NCBI RefSeq assembly: GCF_009914755.1
Contig: NC_060930.1
Strand: one strand, 5' to 3'
Length of the DNA: 64,000 nucleotides
Origin: the human T2T-CHM13v2.0 reference genome, Homo sapiens
The position numbers and the translations under genes are program-made. This document shows positions 1 to 13,484 of the stretch, in pieces; within the stretch, counting starts at the first letter, position 1; each line of letters starts with the position of its first letter. The notes below the pieces were generated by a model. It saw only the letters and a list, made by a program, of their open reading frames with translations. It made no database searches and was not told the origin of the DNA.

Positions 1-504
1 GAGGTCCTAGCTGGGGCCACAGCCTTGCCACACCGCAGTCCAGCCGCCCCTCACTCAAGCCGTTCTTCCCAAAGAGGACACGGTGTCTGTCACCAGTGCA
101 AGCTTTGAAGCCAGGCAGCCTGGACACCCAGCTCCTTTACTGGCCAGCCATGGCCCCTGGGACCAGGGTCTGGAGTCTCCAAGCCTCCATCCTCTCGCCA
201 TAAGGAGCTGGCGGTGTTTGATCTCTCAGAAAGCTGTGATGACCGAATGCGACATGTGAAGTGCATAGGAAGAGCCTCCACGGAGCAAGCATTTAAAGAT
301 TTTGGAGACTATTCTAGCAAGAACAAGAGGACAGTCAGCAAACTTCAGGTTGATGGACAAAACTGTTTAAAAATACTTGACAGTATAACTACTTTGCAAC
401 ATTGGGCATCTCATGTAAAGACGTCAAAGCTATAAAAGCATAAGCCAAAGAGCAGTTTCTTCGTGACAAGGAAGCAGAGAAAACCGCAGCAGTGACACGA
501 ATGC

Positions 505-3500
505 AAGTTCTGCTTCCAGAAAGACGGGGTGGACTTACTGTTTCCTACTCCTTCAAGCACAACAAAAACCCTGGATGTTACCTATAAAACAAGATGCTGA
601 ATGAGGGAGAAAAGAAAGACCAGCCAGGGAACCCAGGACCCAAAGGACAGCAGGGTGGCAAGTTCCTGGGCTTTCTTTTTGCCTCACACATCTCAGACTT
701 GGAAGTGCAGAAGCCACAACCCAGAAACACCAACGGGCACAAATAGAAGCAGCCCCACAAACGCTGACTCTCTGCAGCCAAGGCCCTGGAGGGGCCGCCC
801 AGAAGCAGCCCCGGCAAACGCTGGCTCTCTGAAGCCAAGGCCCTGGACGGGCCGCCCAGAAGCAGCCCCACAGATGCTGGCTCTCTGCAACCAAGGCCCT
901 GGAGGGGCCGCCCAGTGAGACAGAACTCTTCGAGATGGTGACCACTGCATTCCTGCCAACACCACAGAAAGAAAACGTGGTCCCACCCCCACACCATGCC
1001 AGGGAAGGTCAGGTCAGGGCCTCGGAGTCCACCCTCATGAGGCTCTGCCAACAAGCCTTGTCCAGCCCCACTGGAGTGGTGGTGGAAGAGGCCGAAACAC
1101 ACCTCCCCGCTGTGATGCAGGGACCATGCAGGAAGCCTGAGCTTTCACAGTCAGCACTGTCTTTCCTCTGTCAACAGGACCACATAGGAAACCTGGACTT
1201 CCAGCCCCATCCCACCCCTGCCAGAGCCGCTCCAGAAAAAGCACCCTCACGATGCAACACAAAAAGGTCTATATTTCATTCAAAAACCACTCATTGTACC
1301 AAGAACCAGGAAGATCCCAAACTGAATGGAAAAATAAATAATCACTACCTGCCAGCACTGACAGGGATATTAGAAACAATAGAAAGATCTTAAAGCAGCT
1401 ATCACGAAAATACCTCAACAAGAAATTATAAACACACCTGAAACAAATGAAAAAAATAGGAAGCCACAACAAAGAAATAGCAAGTCTCAGCAGAGAAATA
1501 GAAGATGTAAATAAGAACCAAAGGGAAATCATAGAACTGAAAATAATACATCCAAAATAAAAAGCTTAGCGGATGACTTCAACAGTATAATGCAGGGGAC
1601 AGAGGAAATAATTGGTGAACTGGAAGACAGAATGAGAAAAATTACTCAATCTGAACAACAGAAAGAAAACAGACTGCTTAAAAAATTAACAGAGACTTGG
1701 GGTCTTCTATAGGACTATAACAAAGATCTAACATTCATGTCACTAGAGTGATGAAAAGAGGAGAAAGGATGGAGCAGAAAATGTGATCAAAGAAATAATA
1801 GCTGAAAACATCTCCAATTCTGCAAGAGATGTAAACCTACAGGTTCAAGAAGCTGAACAAACCCTAAAAAGGGTAAGCCAAAAGAAATCCACATCAAGAC
1901 ACATCATAATTATACATCTGACAACTAAAGGCAAAGAAAAAAAGCCTGAAAACAGCCAGAGAAAAATATTTTACCTTTGGGGGAAAAGTTGCAATAACAG
2001 TGTATTTCTCATCTGAAACCATAGAGACCAGCAGGAAGTGCCACAATTTTTTTTAAAAGAACAGAACCGTCAACTCAGAATCCTATATCCAGTGAAAATG
2101 TCCTTTAGGAATGAAGGGAAAATTCATACATTCTCAGAAGAAAGAAAACTAAGAGAATTTGTCATCAGCAGATCTACTCTAAAATAATGTCTAAAGGAAG
2201 TTCTCTAAACAAATAGTAAATGATAAAAGGGGGTGTTTTAGAAATCAGGAAGTCAGAAAAAAACCCAGTAAGCAAAAATAAATAAATAAATAAATAAATA
2301 CAATAGGATTTTTTTCTCTTGAGTTTTCTAAATTATGTTTGAATGTTGAAGCAAAAATTATACTGCTCTCTGCTGTTCTTCTAAATGTATATAAAGAAAA
2401 TATTTGAAACAATTATATTATAAACAGGGTATAACAAAGGAAGATTTAAAAGAGTAAAGGTTTCTCTACTTCACTTAAACCAGTAAAATGATAACACTAG
2501 TTAACTGTGATAAGTTACCTATATATAATGTAATACCGAAAGCAGCTACTAAAACAGTTACAAAAAGATGTACTCATAATCACTATAGATAAATCAAAAT
2601 GGAATTCTAAAAATGTTCAAGTGAACCACAGGAAGTCAAGAAAAAGAAAACCAACAAAAATGAGAGAGAATAATGAAAAAACAAAAAACATGCAAACCTA
2701 AGCCCTAACATATCAATAATTACACTAGATGTAAATGGTCCAAATACTTCAAATAAAAGAAAGAAATTGGCAGAGTGGATTAAAAACGATGACCCAAATA
2801 TTTACACTCTACAAGATGCAATCTTCAAATATAGCAATACATAAAGGTTGAAAGTAAAAGGATATAAAAATGTATAGCATGCAAACATTAAAGGAAAGTA
2901 GGAGTGGTTATTCATATTAGACTTCAGAGCAGAGAAAATTATCAAAGAGGGACATTATATTATAATAAAGAGTCAATCCACCAAAAAATTTATAGCAATC
3001 CTAAATATGTATGGCCTAAACAACTGAGCTGCAAAATACAAGAAGCAAAAAGTGATAAGCGGAAGAAGAAATAGAAAAATTTACAATTATAGTTGGAGAC
3101 TTCAACAACCTTCTATCAACAATAGGTAGAACAACTAGATATAAAATCAACAAGAATAAAGAACTCAACAACACAATTTACTAACAAGATCTAATAGATA
3201 TTTACAGAATATTCCATCTAACAATAGCAGAAAATACACTTTCTTCAAGTGCTCATGGAATATACATCAAGATTGGCCATCTCCTGAGTCATAAAGCAAA
3301 CCTCAACAAATTGAAAAAGAAAAAAGAAATTATAAGGAGCATGTTCTCCAATCACAGGAAATTGAGCAACATATTTCTCTAAATAATCAATGAGTCAAAG
3401 AGGAATTCTTGTAAAAAATCAGGAAAAAACATTGAAAACTGAAATGAAAATACAACATATCAAAACCTGTGGGATGCAGCTAAAGCAGCACTTAGAGGAA

Positions 3501-6500
3501 AATTTATAGCACTAAATTCACACATTAAAACAGACTGAAATCAATAAACTACATTCCTATCTCAAGAACCTAGAAAAAAGAGCAAAATAAACCTGCAGGA
3601 GGCAAATGAAGGAAAATAAGCATAAGTCAATGAAATTGAAAACAGAAAAACAGTAGAGAAAATCAGTGAAACAAAAAGCTCCTCTGAAACAAAAACAATA
3701 AAATTGACAAACCTCTAGAAAGACTGAAAAGAGAGAGAGGACACAAATTATCAATGTCTGCAATAAAACAGGGGCTATCACTACAAATCCTAGAGCCATC
3801 AAAAGAATAATAAGAGAATACTTTGAATAACTCTATAAAACTAAATTTGGCAACTTAGACAAACTTGACAAGTTCCTTTAAAAATGCAATCTATTACAAT
3901 TCACCCAATTTAAAATAGGTAATTTAATAGCGCTTTAACACTTAAGGATATTGAGTTTGTGCTTTTAAGGCCCCCAGAGAAAGAAATTTCCAGGCTCAGA
4001 CAGTTTCAGTGGAGAATTCTACTAAAGCTTCATAGAAGAATTAACACCAATTCTATAAAATCTCTTCCAGAAAATAGAAGCAGCAGCACTTCCCAATTCA
4101 TTTTATGAAGCTAGTATTACCCTGATACCAAAACCAAAGACAGCACCAAAAAAACAGCAGCAAACCAATATCCCTCATGAACACAGGTGTAAAAATCCTT
4201 AACAAACATTAGAAAATAAAATTTATTAACATATGGAAGAAATTATACACCATGACCAAGTGTGTGGTTTATTCCAGAAATTCAAGGCTAGTTTAATCTT
4301 CAAAAACTAATCATTATAATCCACCACGTAACAGACTAAAGAAGGCAAACCACATCATCGTATCGGTTGATGCAAAAAAAAATTTGACAAAATGTAATGT
4401 CCATCTTGGGTTTTTTTAATCTCATAAAAATAAAAATACAGGGAAACGTCTTCAACTAGATAAAGAGCATCTGTCAAATTCTACCATTCATTAACATTGT
4501 ACTTAATGGTGAATATTGATGCTTTTCCCTAAAATTGGAAACACACTAAGCCTATTCATTCTCACCACTTTTATTCAACATAGTTCTGGAAGTTTAGCCA
4601 GTGCAATGACAAAATAAAAGGAAAAGCATACAGATAGAAAACAAATAAACTGTCCCTGTTTGCAAATCACATGACTGTCTACGTAGAAAATTCCGAGAAA
4701 TCTATGAAAGAACTAATAAGAGAGTTCAACAAGGTCACAAGATATAAGAGAAACCTACAGAAATCAATTGTATTTCTTCTTGTTCATAACAAACACATGG
4801 TCACTAAATTTTAAAATACAATACCATTTACAATTGCTGAAAAAACATAAACTACTAAGCTATAAATCTAAAACACCATGGACAGTGTGTGTGTGTGTGG
4901 AACACTACACAACATTCATAAAAGAAATCAGAGAAGAGCTATAAAAATGGGGAGAGATACCATGTTCATAGATTGGAAGGCCCCCACACAATAAAGATGT
5001 CAATTCTTTGCAAATCAATATATAAATTTGACACAATTTCTGTCAAACTCCCAACAGGATTTTTTTGGATTTAGACAAGATTATTCAAAAATGCATACAG
5101 ACAGACAAAGCTAGCCTAGCTAAAACAATTTTGAGAAATAAGAAGGAAGTTAACGGAATCAGTCTACGTGATTTGAAAACTTACTATACCCCTATTGTAA
5201 TTGACACTATAATATTGACAGAGGTAGACACATGGGTCAATAGAATAGAATAAACAACCCAGAAACAAACCTGCACAAATATGCCCAGCAGATTTTTTTT
5301 AAAGTACAAAAACAATTAAATGGAGGAAAGATCACTCTCTGAGTTAGTAGTGCTGGAGAAATTAAATATCCCCAGGAAAAACATGGCGGCATTTCCCCAT
5401 GACCTAAATTTCACACCTTATACAAAAGTTAACTCAAAATGGATCACAGATTTAAAGGCAAAACATAAAAATGATAACATTTCTAGGAAAAAAGTCATAG
5501 GAGAAAATCTTCAGGATCTAGAGCTAGGCAAAGTTCTTAGACTTGACATCAAAACCTAATCCATAAAATGAAACATTGATAAATTGACTTCATCAAAATG
5601 TAAAACTTTTGCTCTGTAAAAGACCTTGTTAAGAGGATCAAAAGACAAGCCACAAACTGAGAAAAAATGTTTGCAAACCATATGTCCCAGGGCTGATATC
5701 CAGAATATATAAAGAACTCTCAAACTCAATAGAAAGAAAATAAACACTCCAGCTAGATAATGGGCAAAAGACATGAACAGACTTAGTTACCTAGAAGAAT
5801 ATACAGAGGGCAAATGAGCACATGAAAAGATGTTCAGAATCATTAGCCATTAGGGAAATGCAAACTAAAACCACGACACCCCTATCAAAATGACTAATAA
5901 AAATAATTATAACTTCAAATACCAGGAAGGATGTGGGGGAAGCATCACCCACGTATTGTGGGTGGGAATGCACAATGGACAGTCACTCTGAAAAACAGTT
6001 TGGCAGATTCTTAAAAAGCAAAATATGCAACTGTCATACAACCCAGCAATAATACTCCAGGGTATTTATCCCAGAGAAAAGAAGACATATGTTCACACAC
6101 AATCCTGAGTACAAATGTTTGTAGCAGCTTTATTTGTAATAGCCCAAAAGGGGAAAACACACAGATGTCCTCCAACCAGAAAGGTTAAACAAACCATAGT
6201 GCATCCACACTGTGAAATACAGCCAGGCAAGAAAGGAAACACACTACAGATACACAATTCAGATGGATTTCCAGAAAACCACGCTGAGTGGAAAAAAAAG
6301 ACAATCTCAAAAGGCATACACTGCATAGTTTCACTTATGTGACATTCTTGGAATGACAAAATTATTAAAACGGAGAACCTGTGAGTAGTCACCAGGGGCT
6401 GAGAATGGGGATGGAGGCAGGAGGATCTGGGATTGATGGGAATGGCCTGCGTCTTGACTGCACCGATGGCATCATCCAGGTTATGTGATTGTGCCACCAT

Positions 6501-6620
6501 TTACCAAATGTGATGAATGGGGAAGTTGGGTAAAGGCCACACACAGCCTCTGTGGTATTTCTAACAACAGCATATTAACCTATAATTATCTCCAAGTTAA
6601 AAGTGTGATTTCAAAATAAG
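505..6620 (+). mobile_element. Near full-length ancient LINE-1 (L1MC/L1MD-like): 5'UTR, ORF1 and ORF2 remnants, 3'UTR; dead
   Basis: ORF1 remnant IKEIIAENISNSARDVNLQVQEAEQT...STSRHIII (1783-2016). Endonuclease start ATATCAATAATTACACTAGATGTAAATGGT (~2710, cf. ISIITLNVNG). RT motifs TTATTCAACATAGTTCTGGAAG (LFNIVLE, ~4570) and CTGTTTGCAAATCACATG (degenerate LFADDM, ~4657). 3'UTR ending ...ATAATTATCTCCAAGTTAAAAG resembles L1MC/MD. A-rich + strand with many stops and frameshifts. Subfamily from recalled consensus. Confidence 0.9.
745..915. repeat. 56-57 bp tandem triplication inside the L1 5'UTR
   Basis: AGAAGCAGCCCC...CCAAGGCCCTGGA(G/C)GGGCCGCCC units start at 745, 801 and 858. Confidence 0.95.
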
Positions 6621-6627
6621 AATAATA

Positions 6628-6885
<258 letters not shown>

Positions 6886-7124
6886 CTAGAACATTTTAAA
6901 AACCTTTCTACTTTGATTAACTAGGTATTTACCCAGGAAGGACATATTTCAAAGAATCAATGGCTTCTCTGTGGCTTCTCTATCATTTAAATAAGATAAA
7001 CATCCTGGTCTCCCAGACAAAGATGGTGACAGTGACATGAAGCTGAATCGCAAAATCCTCTCCCACCAAACCTAACGAAATGCACCAAAGGAAACTGTTT
7101 ATTAAAAAGACAACAAAAAATTAG

Positions 7125-7747
<623 letters not shown>

Positions 7748-8369
7748 GTAAATGAGTAGTAGAAAATGCAGTTAAAAACAAAAAATAATGAATAGCAGTA
7801 ACATAAGGAAAGATGTCATAAATTTCAAAATGGTAAGATGAAGAGAAAATAAGGGCTCTGTCTCATCTCACCGCCCACATCCCAGAAGCAGGGGAGAGAC
7901 AGTAAGAGCATGAGTCCCCCGCCAAGAATCCTCCCCAGCCCTCACAGGCGAAGAGAAGTGGACTGAGGCATAAACAGGCCACCCACGGAACAGTCAAAGG
8001 TGTCCCGGAGAAGAGCAGCCTCCCCGACAGCATCTGTGCAGAGGCAGAAGAAAACACCAGGCTGCCTCGTCCCAGAGCTCACAGCAAATGAGGGGACATT
8101 TGGGAGCCCAAGGCTTTCCCTGTAGGGATGTGAACCCCAGGACAGAATAAAATCTCAGAAGGAAGGGTGGCACTCGAATCCCACCAGAAAGCCTGGACAC
8201 AGCTTCCGGCCAGACCTACAGTGGCCAGGAGGAGCTGGTGTGCAGAGAGTGCCAAGGAGAATGACTCACATTACGGGAAACAGGCAAAACTCAGGTTAGT
8301 AAGGCCATTTTTGGCTACAAGTGATAGAAATTCAATCCAAGCCATCTCCTGCACATCAAAGAGCATAAA

Positions 8370-9945
8370 GTAAGGAAACTGAAAATAATAAATTAATAAG
8401 ACAAGATAATAAGTTGGTTCTTTGACAAAACTAAAAGTATAGATAAAACCCTAGAAAAACTAAAACAAGAAAAAATAGAAAAGACACCACATACATTATT
8501 TGAAATGAAACAAATTTAATTACAAGAGAATATCATGAATGATGTATCATGTAGCCATAATTTTAAAACTTCAATAAAGTTGATGATAGTATTTTTAAAT
8601 ATATAGTCAAAATCAAACCAAGATGAAATATATAAAAAGTAAATGAAGGAATAATCATTAAAACAAAAAAAAATACATTCAAAAACCAACCTTTACTGTA
8701 AGTTTTCAGTCCTAGGTGGTTATACTGGAAAGTCTTGCCAGACCATAAAGGGAGCAGCAGCTCCCGTCCCTCCCACACCGTTTCACGGAATAGAAAAGTA
8801 GGAACTACTATTCACTCTATTTTATCAGGCTGCTATACCCTAGATATAAAACATCAAACAAGGACCATGTGCCTCAGTCCATCCAGGCTACTGGGACAAA
8901 ATGTCATAGACGGGGGCGCTGATACACAGCAGAAACTCGCCTCTCACCTTTTGGAGCCTGGAAGTCCAAGATCGCGGTGTCAGCAGGTTCGGTGTCTGTG
9001 AGGGCCTATTCCAGGTTTATGGGTGAATGGCCATCTTCTTGCTGTGTCCTCACGTGATGGAAGGGCTGAGGGAGCTCTCTGGGGTTCCTTTTATAAGACA
9101 CTGATCCTATTTGTGAGGCTCTGCCCTCATGACTGTGTCACTTCCCAAGGATCTCACCTCCTCCACCATAACCTTGGGGGTTCCAAGATTTCAATTTATG
9201 AATTTGGTGGGGTGCAAATATCCAGACCACAGCACAGCAGGAGAAACTTTTTAATAATCTCCCTTATGTAAAAATGCTTAAGAAAACTCCCCCAAGAAAG
9301 AAGTGAGTTACATCTAAAAAAAAAAAATTACATCACAGCCAATTAGTACTATGTCAGCAAAGGAAGAGTAATTCAACATCAAAACAATATGTTTGTACAA
9401 TTAACATATTACTTGTTACTAAATATATAATACTATCTGAAAGGAAAAAAATTATCTCAATAATTTAGTAACTGATAGTTATAATAGTATTATAATAGTT
9501 TATAATCAATGTTTTATTAAAAACTATTTGATGCAATTGTATACTCATTCATGGCTACAAAATGCAAAATATATTCTTAGCAAACTAGGAATAGAAAGGA
9601 ACATTGTAACTAACCAAAAGCTATCTGTAAAGAATAATAAACTCATACTTAATGCTGAAACCTTAGAAGTATTCCCATTGACAAGAACAGTGTGGACCTC
9701 CCCTCTCACCACTTCCCTTTGACTCTGCATTAGAAGCCCTGACCCATGCAATAAAACAATAAAAAATGCTAAAAGATGCAAGAAACTGAAGGAATGAGCC
9801 AAAACTCTCATTATTTGTGGGAGGTATGATTACTAGAAAATTCTATAGCATCTACAGCCTATTAAAATTCACAACAGAACTGAGTGACATCAACATCAAG
9901 TCAATTTCTTTCCTATTCCCCAAGGATAACCATTTAAAACATAAT
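8370..9945 (+). mobile_element. Very old L1 (L1ME-like) ORF2 remnant, interrupted by an MLT1A LTR
   Basis: AGTTGGTTCTTTGACAAAACTAAAAGTATAGATAAAACCCTAG (cf. SWFFEKINKIDKPL); AGTCCTAGGTGGTTATACTGGAAAG (cf. PGPDGFTGEF); CTTAGCAAACTAGGAATAGAAAGGAAC; ATACTTAATGCTGAAACCTTAGAAGTATTCCC. Confidence 0.75.
8868..9234 (-). mobile_element. MaLR solo LTR (MLT1A-like)
   Basis: TG...CA ends, ~365 bp; CTGGAAGTCCAAGATC, GCTGTGTCCTCACGTG, TTTCAATTTATGAATTTGG..CAGACCACAGCA match the reverse complement of the recalled MLT1A consensus. Confidence 0.85.
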
Positions 9946-9954
9946 CCACGTATG

Positions 9955-11075
9955 CTCGTTCACGCATTCCACAAGTGTTTTCTGAGCCCCCGCTGTCTGC
10001 TCAAGGTTCTGGGCCCTGGGGGAGAGACGTGAACAGAGAGATGGAAGCCCCCCGCCCTCCCTGAGCTTACAGTGAGAGCAAGGTCAGTGTGAAATACACC
10101 ACAGATGATGACGAGCGCTTTGGAAAGTAACAGAGCAGGGAATGGGGTGCGTTTCAAGATGTCCTCACTGAGAAGGTGACTTTCAGCAGAGACCTGAGGA
10201 GGGAGGGAGTTGGAGGTGCTCAGGCAGGGAGAAAAGTGTGTGCAAAGGCCCTGGCACAGGAGTGTCTCGAGAGGCTTGAGGAGCCACAGAGAGGCTGGGT
10301 GGGTACAGCAGGGCAGTGGAAGCACCACCTCCAGCTCCCACTCAGAAAGCTGACGAATGTGGCAAAGGAAGGCCCAGTCTACTTTCTGCACTTCCATCTG
10401 TGGGAAAGAAGTCATGGTGGGCTGGACAGGATGGCAGTGAAGGAGGGCAGGCAGGGCTAAAGGCTGGAGAGGTCTCCCAGGTAGAGCTTTTAAGACTTGC
10501 AGACGCCATGGAGTCGAGGAGGAGTCCAGGTCAGGAACTCCCAGTTCCTGGTCTGCACAAGCTGGAAGGAGGGAAATGCCATCTGCTCAGGGGAATCACC
10601 AGAGAAGCAGTGTCAGTGAACAGTGAGGTGTGGGGTGAGGAGATCAGAAATGCAGAGTTAGACCTGTCTGGTTTTGAGATTCCTATTACATATCCAAGCA
10701 GAGATGTTGAGAGATGTTTGATAGACAAATCTGGAATGCGGGGGAGGGATTTGTACTGGAAACTCAAAACAAAAATCATCACGCCACAGATAATATTTAA
10801 AGTAACTCACAAAACCAGATGAGATCATCAAGCGCCTGAGGACGCATGACATTAAAGGGCCAGAGAGATGGGAAAGTCACTGGAGGATGAGAAGTCACAG
10901 CCAGAAAACCAGGAGCAAGCCAACGGGTATGGTAGACCAGAAGCCCAGTGAAGAACACAAAGCAGGAAGTGTCTCAGGGATGTGCAGGCACTCACTCCAC
11001 CAAATGCTCAGGGCAATCGGGTCAGACAAGGCCAGGAAATGGACCACTGGATTTAGCAATGAGACTAGGAAGAAT
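9955..11075 (-). mobile_element. LINE-2 3' remnant
   Basis: Starts with an L2 3'-end-like tract (CATTCCACAAGTGTTTTCTGAGC...GCCCTCCCTGAGCTTACAG); also GAAGGTGACTTTCAGCAGAGACCTGA, TGCAAAGGCCCTG, GACCACTGGATTTAGCAA. Confidence 0.8.
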
Positions 11076-11094
11076 GAAGACAGTGAGTGCAAAT

Positions 11095-11420
11095 AAATAA
11101 TAGTAAAAAAAGATATTCACAGAAGCAACAAAATCTTTAAAATGAAAGAAAGTTAACCTGGCAATCTAACCAAAAGTAGGAATGACCTCCAGGGGGGAAA
11201 TGTATAAAATATTATTGAAGATGATTTGAAAACACCTAATTAGACAAATATATGATATCATATAAAATATGATATCATATTTTACATATATATAAAATGT
11301 ATAAAATATTATTGAAGATGATTTGAAAACACGTAATTAGACAAATATATATATATAAAATATGATATCATATTTTATATATATATATTATTTAAGGATA
11401 CAAAGATTGAATGCCTTTTA
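11095..11420 (+). repeat. AT-rich L1ME continuation containing a 97-bp direct duplication and a 46-bp perfect palindrome
   Basis: AAATGTATAAAATATTATTGAAGATGATTTGAAAACAC starts at both 11198 and 11295; palindrome 11344-11389 centred on GAT|ATC. Confidence 0.85.
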
Positions 11421-11421
11421 A

Positions 11422-11707
11422 TGGGAGGTAATTGAATCATGGGGACAGTCACCCCATGCTGCTCTTCTTGTGATAGTGAGTGAGTTTTCACAAGATGTGA
11501 TGGTTTTATAAGGGCCTTTTCCCCTCCTTCACTCTGCACTTCTCCTTCCTGACACCATGTGAAGAAGGACATGCTCCATTTCCACCATGATTGTAAGTTT
11601 CCTGAGGCCTCCCCAGCCCTGCAGAACTGAGTCAATTAAACCTCTTTTCTTATAAATTACCCAGTCTTGGGTATTTCTTCATAGCAGCATGAGAATGGAC
11701 TAATACA
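11422..11707 (+). mobile_element. THE1 (C/D-like) MaLR LTR, 5'-truncated
   Basis: GGGAGGTAATTGAATCATGGGG, CCATGATTGTAAGTTTCCTGAGGCCTCCCCAGCC, AATTAAACCTCTTT, terminal GGACTAATACA. Confidence 0.92.
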
Positions 11708-12070
11708 GGGGCTGTTGTACATATTATTTCATCACCCAGGTACTAAGCCGAGCACCCAATTGTTATTTTTGCTGCTCCTCTCCCTCCTCCCACCCTCCAC
11801 CCTCAAGTAGGTCCCAGTGTCTGTTGTTCCCCTCTTTGTGTCCATGTGTTCTCATAATTTAGCTCCCACTTATAAGTGAGAACATGCAATGTTTGGTTTT
11901 CTGTTCCTGCGTTAGTTGCTAAGGTCTCCAGCTCCATCTATGTCCCTGCAAAGGACACAATCTCATTCTTTTTTTTATGACTGAATAGTATTCTATTCTG
12001 TCACAAAGACACATGCCTGCAAATGTTCATTGCAGCTCTATTCACAATAGCACAGACATGGAATCGACCT
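11708..12070 (-). mobile_element. Primate L1 (L1PA13-16-like) 3' fragment with an inverted 5' piece
   Basis: 11708-11993 is antisense L1 3' sequence (CTCCCACTTATAAGTGAGAACATG, GTCCCTGCAAAGGACA); 11994-12070 is sense L1 (AAAGACACATGC..ATGTTCATTGCAGC..ACATGGAATCGACCT). Confidence 0.85.
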
Positions 12071-12074
12071 GTGT

Positions 12075-12340
12075 TTCACTTTAATATGTATTCAATAAGT
12101 AACATGAGATAGTCGGCAATGTATTATAAAATAAACTTTCTGTCAGATGATGTAAGTGGCCGGAGCAATTTAAGGCAGGCCGGGCCCCCATTTAAGGCAG
12201 GCTGGGCCCCCATTTAAGGCAGGCCGGGCCCCCATTTAAGGCAGGCTGGGCCAGCCTATGATGGTTGGTAGTTTTGGTGTAAATGCATCTCAACTTAGAT
12301 TATTTTCAACTTATGATGGTTTATTGGGAAGTGCATCTGT
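12075..12340. mobile_element. Tigger-family MITE (MER47/Tigger5-like) fragment
   Basis: ATTCAATAAGTAACATGAGATA..TATTATAAAATA; TATTTTCAACTTATGATGGTTTATTGGGA; terminal GCATCTG followed by TA. Confidence 0.7.
12168..12252. repeat. 22-bp tandem repeat, ~4 copies, inside the MITE
   Basis: ATTTAAGGCAGGC(C/T)GGGCCCCC at 12168, 12190, 12212, 12234. Confidence 0.95.
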
Positions 12341-12344
12341 ATTC

Positions 12345-12482
12345 ACATTTGAAACTGTTAAAATTAAATTGGATTAAAATTTCAGCTCCTCACCAGCAGA
12401 AGCCACATTTCAAGTGTTCATATCACACATGGCTGGCTGCTTCTGTATTGAGTAGCACAGAAAGTTCTATTGCACAGGGCTG
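12345..12482. mobile_element. hAT-Charlie MITE (MER3/MER33-like) fragment
   Basis: AAAATTTCAGCTCCTCA..AGCCACATTTCAAGTG..CAGAAAGTTCTATTGCACAGGGCTG. Confidence 0.7.
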
Positions 12483-12913
12483 GTACTTCAGGGTAAGCCT
12501 GCCTTACACCTCACAGAGGAAAGGTGCAATTAGGGAGACTCTGCCTCATTTAACCCTTGCACACAGGGACACCCCTATGCATGTATAACCTATGCACACG
12601 CATGTGCACACACCTATGTATGCACATGCACTCTTACACACCTACACCTGCACACACCCACGTACACACATCTCTCGTGCAACCTAAACACCCGTCACAG
12701 CTGGGAAGGCCTTTGTGCAGGGTAGCACCACTCACTAAATGGGAGTGTGTGATGAGTCTAGCAGTTGTTCTCAGCCTGAGGCACTCGGGCAAGCTTTCCC
12801 CACTGCCCACCTTGCCTTGGGTGGGGGTGGTTCTCATGTTGGCTATGGAGGAAGAAGGTCATCTTGAAGGCACTGATTGGAGGGCCCTATTAGGGTGCTA
12901 ATGTGGGTACTAC

Positions 12914-13044
12914 AATTATGAGAACACATGGACATAAAGAAGGGAACAACAGACACTGAGACCTCCTTGAGGGTGGAGGGTGGGAGGAGGAAGAGGAGCA
13001 GAAAAAATAACTACCAGGTAGTCAGCTTAGTACCTGGGTGACGA
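12914..13044 (+). mobile_element. Short L1PA13-16-like 3'UTR fragment
   Basis: ATGAGAACACATGGACA..TTGAGGGTGGAGGGTGGGAGGAGG..TAGTACCTGGGTGA; no poly(A). Confidence 0.85.
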
Positions 13045-13484
13045 GAAGTGGAGTGAAGGCCCCTATTTGGGAAGTTTGAGAGCATCGGTGAGGTTCCTGA
13101 CTTCCTGGAATTGTCCAGCACAGGCCTGTCAGCTGGTGGGCGATGGGTAACCCCAATAGCGGTGTCTTTACTTCAGAGACAGATCTCAGAATGACGGGCA
13201 CCCATGGAACATGCCATGTTCTTGTGCATGAGCTTCTACACTTAAGAATCGCCGTCAGAGATTTTTAACAGCCATCCCCTTCTTATGGACAAAAATCTCC
13301 CTTAGCATCGATCAGGCAGTGAGCAAAGTAACTGTTTTACTTTGCTCTCTTTTTAAAGATTTACAGCTGGCACAGTGGTAACATTTCAAAACCCATTAAA
13401 ACCCAATCCCTGGAAGTTGTCCAGTGCCTCACAAATCATGAAGTGATGATGTAGCAGAGCTGGCCCTAAAACTCAGCTATGGCC

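Noticed and set aside
1783-6342. L1 ORF1/ORF2 as functional CDS
   Set aside because: Broken into fragments under ~80 aa by stops and frameshifts; the RT FADD motif has decayed to FANH.
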